Part shown: positions 9,152 to 18,722 of the stretch, in pieces
Layout: every line of letters begins with the position of its first letter
How positions within the stretch are numbered: position 1 is the first letter of the stretch
DNA from: Candidatus Binatia bacterium
GTDB lineage: Bacteria > Desulfobacterota > Binatia > Bin18
Assembly: GCA_963666315.2 (NCBI GenBank)
Contig: CAXXHG010000028.1
Location: 1 to 44,406 of the forward strand
DNA length: 44,406 nt
Direction: 5' to 3'
The notes under the pieces: model-generated
Databases searched by the model: none
Seen by the model: only the letters and a program-made list of their open reading frames with translations
What the model was told of the DNA's origin: nothing
Translations under genes and position numbers: made by a program

Positions 9152-9571
9152 ATGCTCAGCCGCGACGAAATCTCGACCGCACTCGCCAAATGGGGCACAG
9201 CCTGGGAGGCCCACGACCTCGACGGCGTCATGGACCTGTTCCATGACGACATTTATTTTGAGAATTGGACCGGAGGCTGGGTCCGAGGGAAAGAGAACCT
9301 GCGACTGGCCTGGACGCCTTGGTTCGCCGATCACGGTGGATTCACGTTTACCGACGAAGAAACCTTTATCGACGAAGTCGGGCAAAAGGTCCTGTATCGC
9401 TGGCAGCTCGATTCGCCGTCCTTTGAAGAAGGCTGGGAAGACAAACACGAAGCCCGGCGAGGGTTGGATGTGATCCACTTCAAAGACGGCAAGATTATTC
9501 AGAAGCTGACTTACTCAAAGACAACGATCGAAATTGGTGGCGAGCGGGTGCGGCTGGTGCCGGGGCGGTAG
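9152..9571 (+). CDS. NTF2/SnoaL-like family protein
   Basis: AW.AHDLDGVMDLFHDD..FENW.G..VRGKE.LR..W...RGLDVIHFKDGKI..K.TY. Confidence 0.85.
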   Translation: MLSRDEISTALAKWGTAWEAHDLDGVMDLFHDDIYFENWTGGWVRGKENLRLAWTPWFADHGGFTFTDEETFIDEVGQKVLYRWQLDSPSFEEGWEDKHEARRGLDVIHFKDGKIIQKLTYSKTTIEIGGERVRLVPGR

Positions 9572-9680
9572 TTCCTCGGTGCGCAGGGCGCACGCTACGA
9601 TTACTGATATAGCGAAAGACAGATTGGTGTGGCATGCTTCCAGCAATCTCAACCGTACTTTCATCTCAAAGGAGGGCCGT

Positions 9681-10757
9681 ATGGAATTTAGTCTGACTGT
9701 GGCAACCAAGATCGATGACTGGCAGCTGATCAAATACGCCGAAGACTTGGGTTATGACCGTGCCTGGATACCCGATTCACAAATGATCTGGTCCGATTGT
9801 TATGCCACCATGGCACTCGCCGCTCACAACACCTCCCGCATTAAGCTCGGAACGGGGGTTGCCATACCAGGCACCCGCCTGGCCCCGGTGACGGCCCACT
9901 CGATCGCGTCGATCAACCAAATTGCCCCGGGCCGCGTCTTCCTCGGTATTGGAACGGGCCACACCGCGATGCGCGTCATGGGCATGAACCCGATGAAAAT
10001 TCGCGACTTCCGAGAATATCTGCGGGTGGTCCGCACCCTGCTGCGGGGCGAGGAAGTCGAATATACGCTCCACGACACAACGCGGGCTATCCAGTTTCTG
10101 CACCAAGACCTGAAGTTCATTGATCTAGAGCATCCCATTCCCATTATCGTAGCGGCCAATGGACCCTTAGCCCTCAAAGCCGCAGGCGAATTTGGCGATG
10201 GGCTGGTCTCGGTCCTCAACGAACAAGAAGCGGTTCTGAATCTCAATATGGACTATGTAGGCCAAGGGGCCGCCCGGGTCGGCAAAAACCTGAGCGACTA
10301 TCATACCGCCTCGCTCACCTCAGTAGTGGTGCTTGAGCCGGGTGAAGATTTGACCTCTGATCGCGTCATCGACGAATGTGGCTCTTGGGTTTCGGCCGTC
10401 TTACACTTTACGTACGAAATCTATGAATTTACGGGCAAAGAGGAGATGATCCCGCCCTCCATACACGACGTTTGGGACGAGTACTGCGCGTATGTAAAAA
10501 AGATGGAAACACCGGCTGAGAAACGATATCTGCAGATACACAATGGACACTGTACTTTTCTCGTACCTGAAGAACGCCGCTTTATTACCCCGAAGGCGAT
10601 CGAAGGCTCGTGCGTGATTGGGACACCTGACGAAATTATTGAAAAACTGCGCAACGCGGAAAAGAACGGCTTAAAAGAAGTCGCCCTTCTACCGCCTATG
10701 GCCAGCGCCCGCAAGGTCCTGGGCGATTTTGCCGAGAAGGTCATGAAGCGCTACTAG
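9681..10757 (+). CDS. LLM class flavin-dependent oxidoreductase (Mer-like)
   Basis: AAGGAGG RBS; AEDLGYDRAWIPDSQM, TSRIKLGTGVAIP.TR, APGRVFLGIGTG, IPIIVAANGP.AL..AGE..DG. Confidence 0.9.
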   Translation: MEFSLTVATKIDDWQLIKYAEDLGYDRAWIPDSQMIWSDCYATMALAAHNTSRIKLGTGVAIPGTRLAPVTAHSIASINQIAPGRVFLGIGTGHTAMRVMGMNPMKIRDFREYLRVVRTLLRGEEVEYTLHDTTRAIQFLHQDLKFIDLEHPIPIIVAANGPLALKAAGEFGDGLVSVLNEQEAVLNLNMDYVGQGAARVGKNLSDYHTASLTSVVVLEPGEDLTSDRVIDECGSWVSAVLHFTYEIYEFTGKEEMIPPSIHDVWDEYCAYVKKMETPAEKRYLQIHNGHCTFLVPEERRFITPKAIEGSCVIGTPDEIIEKLRNAEKNGLKEVALLPPMASARKVLGDFAEKVMKRY

Positions 10758-10837
10758 AGATCTGCGCATGGGAGACAAGGGCGGTCCGGGGGCATCGGGT
10801 TACAGATGGTTACAGCTTGCCCGGATCGCCTCAAGAC

Positions 10838-12001
10838 TTAACCATCCCTATCCATTCCGGCGTTCTCACAAATGACCTTGAGGCATTTACGGGCGCGCCA
10901 TTCGAGTTGACGCACCCGCTCTTTGGTCAATCCGAGACGCGCACCGATCTCTTCCAGCGTCAGGGTCCGATTCCCGTCAAAGCCAAACCGCAGTCTCACG
11001 ATTTCTTCCTCGCGTGCCGGTAGGTCGGTTAACACCTCCCGCAGCTTCTTGCCCAGACTCTCCCTGACCGCTTCTTCTTCCGGAGACAATATGTCAACCT
11101 GCGCGATCACGTCCCCCAGCCGACCCTCTTCTCCTTCTTTGAGTGGGGCATCAAGCGACACCACCGTGAGCGGTGTATCCGGCAAGGCTCGTGTCCCCAA
11201 CGTTTCTGCAGCAGCCTCGCGTAACTCTTCCTCCGTTGGTGCGCGGAGCAAGGCATCTTCTAGTTCAGAGGTTAAGCGCAGGAGACGGCGCTGGTCGGCC
11301 TGAACCGTCGTCGGAGTTCTGATTACGGCACCCCCATGAAGTTGCTGAGCCCGGCTCATCGCCTGCCAGATCCACCAGATCGCATATGTCCCGAAGCGAA
11401 CGTCTTTTGCAGGATCGAATTTTTCAATGGCTCGCATCAGCCCGAATGCACCTTCTTGGACCAGGTCGAGATATCCTATGCCTCGATCTTGATAATGCCG
11501 AGCCAGATTAATCACTAAACGCAGATTGCGCCGAACGAGTTCGTCACGACATCTCCGAAAACGCTCTAGTCGCTCTTGGATGTCGGCGAGGAGCGTCGCC
11601 CATACGCCCACGCGTCGGCTATCACCTTGGTCGTGGGCACGTTCGAGTAGAGCGACAACCTCACGTTCGGAGAGTCTACCCCACGGCTTGATTCTAGCGC
11701 CGGTATTGTCGCCCGTACTGACTAAATTAGCCAGTGCGGCTCGGTTTTCCTCAAGCACGGCAAGCAAGCTTTGCCACGCTGCTCGCGCTTGTCGTGTTAA
11801 CCTCTGCTCTTCAGATTTCTCCAGCAGCGGGGATGCACTCGCATCGCTATACAAGAGGTGTTCAAGTCCGAGCAGCACAGTCCGCTCCGGTTCTGCATCC
11901 GCGGCGTCCGGCGCGTTGTCATACTGCGGTCGACCGTGACCGTTCTGACCCCTGCCACCCTCTTCCGTCCTCTTCCTGATTAGGATGGGCGGCCGCTGCA
12001 C
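10838..12001 (-). CDS. Sigma-70 family RNA polymerase sigma factor (RpoD/RpoS-like, no region 1.1)
   Basis: LVRRNLRLVINLARHY..RG...LDLVQEG..GLMRAIEKFDP....RFGTYA.WWI; SLDAP; REEEIVRLRFG...TLEEIG..LGLTKERVRQLE. Confidence 0.92.
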   Translation of the reverse strand: MQRPPILIRKRTEEGGRGQNGHGRPQYDNAPDAADAEPERTVLLGLEHLLYSDASASPLLEKSEEQRLTRQARAAWQSLLAVLEENRAALANLVSTGDNTGARIKPWGRLSEREVVALLERAHDQGDSRRVGVWATLLADIQERLERFRRCRDELVRRNLRLVINLARHYQDRGIGYLDLVQEGAFGLMRAIEKFDPAKDVRFGTYAIWWIWQAMSRAQQLHGGAVIRTPTTVQADQRRLLRLTSELEDALLRAPTEEELREAAAETLGTRALPDTPLTVVSLDAPLKEGEEGRLGDVIAQVDILSPEEEAVRESLGKKLREVLTDLPAREEEIVRLRFGFDGNRTLTLEEIGARLGLTKERVRQLEWRARKCLKVICENAGMDRDG

Positions 12002-12082
12002 GTTCTCTCCCCTCCTCCGGGTTTAGTGCTCGCGTATACACGGTGCGCGTGCGCAGGACGTGCGTCCTGCGTGACAGTTCCT

Positions 12083-12943
12083 CTAAGCCAATACTTCCAC
12101 CCGATCCCCCACCGAGACGGATCCCTGCGTTTCAACCGTCGCATAGACACCCAGATTGTGATTTGCGTCGCGCACCAGTGTGCGCATAATCCGCGGATCC
12201 TTCGGCAGATTGGCAAAGCCAAGGGTTGTCATCACACAGCGCATACAGTTCATCTTAACGTTGAGGGTAATCTCACCGATACGCAACTGCTTGCCGGGCC
12301 AGTCCGTCTCTACAAACCCTGCGACGTCTTCCGTTGCAATCAAAACATTAGGCCGAAAACGACGGGCATCGATGAGGGAGTCCGGAGCCAGCGACTGGAG
12401 CTTTGTCAGGGATGCATCGGTTACCAACAGAAGCGGAAACGCGTCGAAATACGTGCCGGGTGGAGATTCGTATTTCATGATCTCTTCAGGTAAGTCGGAT
12501 AAATCCGGCAACGGCTCGTTCGCCTCTATGCCGAAGACCGATCGGAGCTCTTGCTCCAGGTTGTCGTGGGTGGGCTTCCCGCGCCGATAATGATCAAGGT
12601 TCTCCGCAGGCTGAATAGGCCAAATTGAAACCTGATGATCTAGCGCTCGGCTGAGTTTCGGTGCCGCGTCCGGCGCATTAGACAAGAAGGTCGTCCCATC
12701 CGGTAGCGTGATTTCAACCGGTCCGGTCTGCTGTGCAGTCGGGTTTTGAGGATAGCGTGCCTGGCACTGCATGAGGGCTGGGATTTTTTTTGCGCCGCGG
12801 ATACCGCCGCGCACTTCGTCTCGTACCGCCCAGCCCCGATCACCAAGCAATCCTTGGGAACCGACTAGGGCACGGTCGAGGAGCTCGCCTATCATACTCT
12901 TAAAGGGGTAACGCCAGATCTGCTTGACTGTCCCGACATGCAT
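12083..12943 (-). CDS. MOSC domain-containing protein
   Basis: IWRYPFKSM.GE, GDRGWA, FDAFPL, RRFRPN, C.RCVMTT, GVYA.V...G.V.VGD. Confidence 0.9.
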   Translation of the reverse strand: MHVGTVKQIWRYPFKSMIGELLDRALVGSQGLLGDRGWAVRDEVRGGIRGAKKIPALMQCQARYPQNPTAQQTGPVEITLPDGTTFLSNAPDAAPKLSRALDHQVSIWPIQPAENLDHYRRGKPTHDNLEQELRSVFGIEANEPLPDLSDLPEEIMKYESPPGTYFDAFPLLLVTDASLTKLQSLAPDSLIDARRFRPNVLIATEDVAGFVETDWPGKQLRIGEITLNVKMNCMRCVMTTLGFANLPKDPRIMRTLVRDANHNLGVYATVETQGSVSVGDRVEVLA

Positions 12944-12990
12944 AGGCTGCTCTCCTCACGCGTTGGACATTCCCCGTGCTGGCCTGCGGC

Positions 12991-13470
12991 TCAGGCATGC
13001 GTCTCCGCTCCACCATGACTCGGTGTCTGTGGGGCTAAGGGCACAGTCCCGGTTGCACCGCCAAAGCGAGGCACCTCATCGCCAATGACAGTCCAGTCGG
13101 CGCGGTCAAAAAAATAATAATGCGCCTGCGGTTGGCGGTCGATGGGACCGTGGAGATTTGCCAGGACGATATCGATGACATCCGGATGGCTGTCGGACTC
13201 ACAAAACAACGAGCTGCCACATTGATCACAAAATGACGGCTTGCCGTGATCCGAGGAGGAAAAGGCAGCCAGATGATCGGGTCCTGCGGTCAGGCTGAAC
13301 TGCTCTACCTTCACCCCTATCCAGGTGACATAGCCCGTACCATACGCCCGGCGACACATGGAACAGTGACAATGACCACAGAAGAGCGTGGGCAGAGTAA
13401 ATTCAAACTGGACGGCGCCACGCAAGCAGGCGCCGTGTACAGGAGTCGCTCTTTCCATCTGATCGTCCAT
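12991..13470 (-). CDS. GFA (CENP-V) family protein, possibly degenerate
   Basis: GAC(L)RGAV (expected CLCG), HCHCSMCRR, FCDQCGSSLF; GGAGG RBS before ATG 13470. Confidence 0.8.
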   Translation of the reverse strand: MDDQMERATPVHGACLRGAVQFEFTLPTLFCGHCHCSMCRRAYGTGYVTWIGVKVEQFSLTAGPDHLAAFSSSDHGKPSFCDQCGSSLFCESDSHPDVIDIVLANLHGPIDRQPQAHYYFFDRADWTVIGDEVPRFGGATGTVPLAPQTPSHGGAETHA

Positions 13471-13550
13471 AGGATCCTCCTTTATCAGGCTGGACAATAT
13501 CTTATCTGTGAGATAAAGGAATTCGTGTCGGCCGACAACCCAAGACGGCG

Positions 13551-13886
13551 CTACTGAAAACGCGCTCCGCCGCTCTGGTCTGTGTAGCATTCGTCATCAA
13601 TATACAGACCACCGTGTAAACGACACGTCTGCTCATCACGTACGGCAGGGTTGGTATCAGGCTTATAACATTGTTCGTTGTAAAAGACGCCGCCTTGGGC
13701 TTGACAGCGGCCGGCCTTGCCTTCCGCTTGGAGCATTTCCTGGTCAATCCGCTGGTTGAACTCGGTCATTTTTTGGTTCCACTTGCTCTCAGCATAGGTG
13801 CACGAGGATCCAGCCAACAACACCAAACCCACCGTCAGGAAGAGAAGAGGCGATACGGAGTTTTGATGGCCCTTGGGGTCCAGCAT
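13551..13886 (-). CDS. Small exported/lipoprotein-like protein with tandem Cys motif
   Basis: Hydrophobic N-terminus ending LAGSSC; two repeats CQAQGGVFYNEQCY / CRLHGGLYIDDECY. Confidence 0.6.
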   Translation of the reverse strand: MLDPKGHQNSVSPLLFLTVGLVLLAGSSCTYAESKWNQKMTEFNQRIDQEMLQAEGKAGRCQAQGGVFYNEQCYKPDTNPAVRDEQTCRLHGGLYIDDECYTDQSGGARFQ

Positions 13887-13932
13887 ATAGCCGACCTTAG
13901 CGCGTCAGAACTGCACCCATGCTATTGCTATC

Positions 13933-15042
13933 CTATTGGAGGACAGGTTCCAGGACAGGAATTGGATTCGATTGGACTACCTCAGCCATTTCGTATAGCA
14001 AGGTTTGCGTCTCGTCCCAGCCTATGCACGCATCGGTTATCGACACTCCATATTCGAGGCTGGAACCCTCTTTCCAGGTCTGGTTGCCCGGCTTGAGATT
14101 ACTCTCAAGGAGAATACCCATCACATCGTATTGCTGCTCTCGACGCACCGCCAGAACGTCACGGCAGATCTGCCCCTGACGCGTGTAATCTTTATTCGAG
14201 TTGCCGTGAGAACAATCAACCATAATCGATCGGGCAATCCCTTCTTTGGCAACGAGCGCCGTCACCTGAGCAAGATCTTCCTGGCTATAATTGGAACGTC
14301 CGCCGCCGCCGCGCAAGATTATATGACGATCCGGATTGCCTAAGGTCTTGATCATGCAGGTGATACCATCGCCGTTAATACCTAAGAAGCGGTGCGGATG
14401 TCCGGCTGAGATCATGGCATTGATCGCACCTGAGACTGCACCCCCAGTCGTATTCTTAAAACCAATAGGCATGGACAACCCGCTCGCCATCTCTCTATGG
14501 ATTTGGCTTTCAGTGGTGCGGGCACCTATGGCCGCCCAGCTCAACAAATCTGCGACGTATTGCGGCGTCACCGGGTCCAACAGCTCACTCGCACACGGCA
14601 CGCCGAGATGGTTAATCCGCAGCAGAATTTCCCGTGCCAACTCAAGGCCGGTCGGGATGTCACACGAGCCGTCAAGATGCGGGTCGTTTATCAGCCCCTT
14701 CCAGCCCACCGTTGTGCGCGGCTTCTCAAAATACGTCCGCATAACAATGACCAGCTGGTCTCGGGTTGCGTCAATAACAGGCTTCAGCCGTTCGGCGTAT
14801 GCATAGGCCGCTTCAATGTCATGAATAGAACACGGCCCGACCACAACCAACAACCGCTGTCGATCATGACCGTGCAGGATATCGCAAATGGCTTGCCGCG
14901 TGTGGAGAACAGTCCCAGCCGCACCCTCGGTGAGCGGGAGTTTGGCTTTGATTTCTCGTGGAGAGACCAAGGGCGTCATCGTCACCAGATGAGAATTTTC
15001 GATTCGTTCAGGCATGGCATGTTCCAAAAGAAAGGCAGGCAT
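13933..15042 (-). CDS. aroF: 3-deoxy-7-phosphoheptulonate (DAHP) synthase, class I-alpha
   Basis: VVGPCSIHD, MRTYFEKPRTTVGWKGLINDP, AIGARTTESQIHRE.ASGLS.PIGFKN, DCSHGNS.KD, YGVSITDACI.W. The paralog label (aroF/G/H) is not determinable. Confidence 0.95.
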   Translation of the reverse strand: MPAFLLEHAMPERIENSHLVTMTPLVSPREIKAKLPLTEGAAGTVLHTRQAICDILHGHDRQRLLVVVGPCSIHDIEAAYAYAERLKPVIDATRDQLVIVMRTYFEKPRTTVGWKGLINDPHLDGSCDIPTGLELAREILLRINHLGVPCASELLDPVTPQYVADLLSWAAIGARTTESQIHREMASGLSMPIGFKNTTGGAVSGAINAMISAGHPHRFLGINGDGITCMIKTLGNPDRHIILRGGGGRSNYSQEDLAQVTALVAKEGIARSIMVDCSHGNSNKDYTRQGQICRDVLAVRREQQYDVMGILLESNLKPGNQTWKEGSSLEYGVSITDACIGWDETQTLLYEMAEVVQSNPIPVLEPVLQ

Positions 15043-15138
15043 ACAGCCTGCCTGCTCGTGTTCTTATTTTGGGCTTGAGCTGTTCACCGAACGACTCAAG
15101 GCTACGGCATAACACGTCTTTTCGACGAATGCGAGAGC

Positions 15139-15675
15139 CTATCCTACCCGGATAGGTAGGGCCGACTCGCTATACTGCGAAGCATCCCGCCAGCAGTATG
15201 AGCGGGCCCAGACAACTTTAGAGTCTGGAAATACCATGTTGAGAAAATCCATGAAATACTTCTCAGCACGCTTGGCACTCGCCCGTGTAGGGTGCGGCTT
15301 GATCAACTCTGCGGCAACGAACAATTCCTCGACCATAGCCGGATCAAGCTGTACGCTCAGGCGGACTCGGCCCGGAGGATCAGCGGATGAGCATAAACAG
15401 ATCTCGAAACTGCCTTTGAACAGACGCCGTGCTTCGTCAGCATCGGACCAGAACGAGAGGGCGAGAATGATATCGGGTTCTTCCAGATACAAGGCCGAGA
15501 GGACAACGCCTTCGTGTGTGAACATTTTCACACGCCAGGAGACCTCGGCCAAGGCAATACCAAACGGTTGGATACGACGATTAAACTCTCTCTGCGGGAC
15601 TTCGACCTCCAGCACCACTCCCATGGACTCCTCCTCCACATACCACAGCTCCACCACACCACGGAGCAACTCCAC
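15139..15675 (-). CDS. Hypothetical protein
   Basis: 178-aa ORF filling the gap; plausible alternative start with GAGGAG RBS at MGVVLEV; no recognised motif. Confidence 0.55.
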   Translation of the reverse strand: MELLRGVVELWYVEEESMGVVLEVEVPQREFNRRIQPFGIALAEVSWRVKMFTHEGVVLSALYLEEPDIILALSFWSDADEARRLFKGSFEICLCSSADPPGRVRLSVQLDPAMVEELFVAAELIKPHPTRASAKRAEKYFMDFLNMVFPDSKVVWARSYCWRDASQYSESALPIRVG

Positions 15676-15908
15676 ACATCCACATCATGACAACACCACT
15701 AGAAATGTTGTCTGTTCTTAATTAGAGGATATCATCTTAGAAGTAAAGTCGCATCCCTCCTTCCACCGAGCCGCGTTTCATCGGTCCCGAGCGAGCTCGG
15801 CGTACCGGCCTCCAGCTCTATGGCCATATTGCGCAGGCACCACTCTGGGCGACAAATGAAACACGCCGTATCCTCTGCTACCATAAGCATCAACTGTGTG
15901 GGGGAGCT

Positions 15909-17154
15909 ATGAGTACTAACGACAAGAAGATCATCTTTTCACTCGTCGGCGTGGGGCGGGTGCATCCACCCAAGCGCTACGTTCTCAAAGACATTTACCT
16001 GTCTTTCTTTTATGGGGCTAAAATCGGCGTGCTCAGGCTCAACGGCTCCGGTAAAAGCAGTCTGCTTCGCATTATTGCCGGAGTCGGCACTGATTATCTG
16101 GGCGAGATCACATTTGCGAAAGGCTACTCAGTTGGTTTCCTCTAACAAGAACCTCAGCTCGATCAGCACAAAACAGTCAAAGAAATTGTTGAAGAAGGCT
16201 GCCAGGAAGTCATGACGCTGCTGTCCGAATACCAAGCGGTGAGCGCTCGCCTCGGCGAGGATATATCGCCCCAAGAAATGGAGCAGCTGATAGAACAACA
16301 GGCCCGGCTCCAAGAAAAAATTGAAGCCGTTGATGGCTGGCAGATCGAAACCAAGCTCGATATTGCCATGGACGCCTTACGCTGCCAGCCACCGGATACT
16401 CCAGTTAACATCTTGTCGGGCAGGGAACGGCGCCGGGTAGCCCTGTGTCGCCTGCTCCTCCAGGAGCCTGACATTCTGCTGCTTGACGAACCGACGAATC
16501 ATCTTGATGCCGAGTCCGTCCAATGGCTCGAACATCATCTTCAACAGTATAAGGGCACCGTCATTGCCATCACCCGCGATCGGTATTTCCTGGATAATAT
16601 TGCGGGCTGGATACTCGAATTAGACCGTGGGCACGGGCTTCCCTTTGAGGGCAATTATTCATCCTGGCCGGAGCAAAAACAGACCCGCCTCGCACAGGAA
16701 GGCAAGGCCGAGAGCAAGAGACACAAGACCTTAGAGCGTGAACTCGAATGGATACGTATGTCCCCGAATGGCCGCCAGGCAAAAGGAAAAGCACGCGTAA
16801 CACAGTATGAAAACCTCTTGGGGCAAGAACACGATCAACAGGCTCAAGATCTAGAGATTTATATTCCGCCCGGTCCTCGGCTGGGCGACGTCGTCTTAGA
16901 AGCACAAAACCTGAGCAAAGCCTTTGACCAGAAGACCCTGTTTGAGGACGTCAGCTTTATGCTTCCACGCGGTGGCATCGTCGGCGTGATCGGGCCCAGT
17001 GGTGCTGGCACACATCTTGGCCTTTGAAGGGGAGAGCAAGGTGGTGTGTTTTGAAGGCAATTACAGTGCATACGAAAAGGACTGTAAACGCCGCCTTGGC
17101 AAGGACGCCGATCGTCCGCATCGCATTCGATATCGGAAGTTGACCCGGGACTAG
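15909..17154 (+). pseudogene. ettA: EttA (ABC-F translational throttle) pseudogene
   Basis: VLKDIYLSFFYGAKIGV...; in-frame TAA at 16143-16145; LLLDEPTNHLDAESV.WLE; YIPPGPRLG. After GPSGAG the sequence jumps (new frame) to HILAFEGES...FEGNY...PHRIRYRKLTRD* ending 17154. Confidence 0.92.
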
Positions 17155-17176
17155 AAGAACTATTTGATACACCGCG

Positions 17177-17827
17177 TTACTGCAACGACTGCAACACCGG
17201 CTGCAATACCTTCCAGACGTTGTTAGCAACTATCTGATGCCCTTCCGCGGTGGGGTGTATCCCGTCAGCTAAATTGAGGTCCGGTCGCCCGCCAACATCT
17301 TGGAGTAAAAAAGGAATGAGGGCCGCACCATTAGCTTGGGCCAGCCGCGGGAAAACGTCTCGAAATTGAGCCGCGTAGTCACGGCCAAGATTGGGCGGCA
17401 CCAGCATCCCGGCCACAATAATTTCTACGTGTGGATATTTTTTTCTGGTGCGATCGATTATGCCTTGGAGGTTGCTATAAATGGTTTTCGGATCAATTCC
17501 TCGGAATCCGTCGTTCACGCCAAGTTCCAAGAGTAGGACGTCAACCTGTTGGCGTAAGAGCCAGTCTATGCGGCGCAGTCCGCCCGAGGAGGTTTCGCCA
17601 CTCAGGCCCGCATTGATCGTTTTGAATTTCCAGGCCTTAGCATCAATCTTTTGCTGGAGTAAAGCCGGGAATGCCTGGGGCCTCGCAAGTCCATAACCCG
17701 CCGTCAAGCTATCACCAAAACAGAGCAGGATACGTAGCGGTGTGTCGCCTTGGCCGAGCGCGTCCCCCGTCCAACTCCCAATAAAAAAGCTACTGAGCCA
17801 CACCAACACCACAACCCGTCGAAGCAT
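17177..17827 (-). CDS. tesA: Arylesterase / acyl-CoA thioesterase I (SGNH hydrolase, TesA-like)
   Basis: FGDSLTAGYG, NAGLSGETS.GGL.R, LELG.ND.FRG, DGIHPT..G; divergent from ybbA/ybbP as in the known arrangement. Confidence 0.9.
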   Translation of the reverse strand: MLRRVVVLVWLSSFFIGSWTGDALGQGDTPLRILLCFGDSLTAGYGLARPQAFPALLQQKIDAKAWKFKTINAGLSGETSSGGLRRIDWLLRQQVDVLLLELGVNDGFRGIDPKTIYSNLQGIIDRTRKKYPHVEIIVAGMLVPPNLGRDYAAQFRDVFPRLAQANGAALIPFLLQDVGGRPDLNLADGIHPTAEGHQIVANNVWKVLQPVLQSLQ

Positions 17828-17872
17828 GTTTCCGACCTTTCAGCAGAAAGTATTTGAAAACTCACCGTACAC

Positions 17873-17899
17873 GTCACTGCGAGCTAAGCGAAGCAATCT
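17873..17899. repeat. GTCAYTGCGAG...GCAATCT-type palindromic intergenic repeat (half copy)
   Basis: GTCACTGCGAGCTAAGCGAAGCAATCT resembles a widespread short dispersed repeat motif (recognised from memory). Confidence 0.5.
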
Positions 17900-18032
17900 A
17901 TAGTGGTAAAAGCGAAAACTCTCATAGGGGAGTAGTTTTTACGATGCGGTTCGGCAGCTTGATAGGCGAGCCGGCCAAGCTGGACCGGACCACGGCACCA
18001 TAAGGATATATTGATCTCGTATAACAGGCACT

Positions 18033-18722
18033 ATGGAGACTCCGCCCCTCCTTGAGGTTCAGCAGGTTACGAAAACCTATCGCACCGGAACGCACTCGCT
18101 GACGGTTCTGGACAATGTATCGTTTTCCATCCCGGCCGGTGCAACCTGCTGCATCGTGGGACCATCAGGAAGTGGGAAGACAACCTTACTCGGACTGTGC
18201 GCGGGATTAGACCGTCCCAGTTCCGGGTCCGTCATATTCGATGGGATGCGCTTCAACGATCTCAATGAGGTTGAACTTGCCGCTGTGCGCAGCCGTAGCG
18301 TTGGTTCTGTTTTTCAGACGTTTCAACTTATCCCGACGCTCACGGCAGTAGAGAACGTCATGGTGCCGGCTGAGCTGCAAGGGAATACGCAGGCACACGA
18401 GCGCGCAGCCGGCCTGCTCCAGCAGGTGGGTTTACAAGATCGACTCCAGCATTATCCAACCCAACTCTCGGGCGGAGAACAGCAACGCGTTGCGCTGGCA
18501 CGGGCTTTTGTGAATCGGGCGAAAATTTTGTTTGCCGACGAGCCGAAAGGCAATCTGGATGAAGAAACCAGCCAAACCATTATCCCCCTCCTGTTTGACT
18601 TAAACCGGAGCGCTGGAACGACGTCGATCCTGGTGACGCATGACTTCGACCTAGCGCAACAGACGCAACGAGTCATTCGTCTCAAGGGTGGAGCCGTCTT
18701 CTCGGACACGTGTCCCCCATGA
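18033..18722 (+). CDS. ybbA: ABC transporter ATP-binding protein (YbbA-like)
   Basis: GPSGSGKTT, LSGGEQQRVALARA, ILFADEP, VTHD; several atypical residues (VGSVFQ, DEPKGNLD). Confidence 0.88.
   Translation: METPPLLEVQQVTKTYRTGTHSLTVLDNVSFSIPAGATCCIVGPSGSGKTTLLGLCAGLDRPSSGSVIFDGMRFNDLNEVELAAVRSRSVGSVFQTFQLIPTLTAVENVMVPAELQGNTQAHERAAGLLQQVGLQDRLQHYPTQLSGGEQQRVALARAFVNRAKILFADEPKGNLDEETSQTIIPLLFDLNRSAGTTSILVTHDFDLAQQTQRVIRLKGGAVFSDTCPP

Noticed and set aside
16143-16145. In-frame stops in ettA, ybbP (TGA 20142) and the DUF5519-like gene (TAG) as recoding or selenocysteine given nearby selD
   Set aside because: All three stop types occur, at non-Cys positions, in genes that also carry frameshifts or deletions; decay explains them better.
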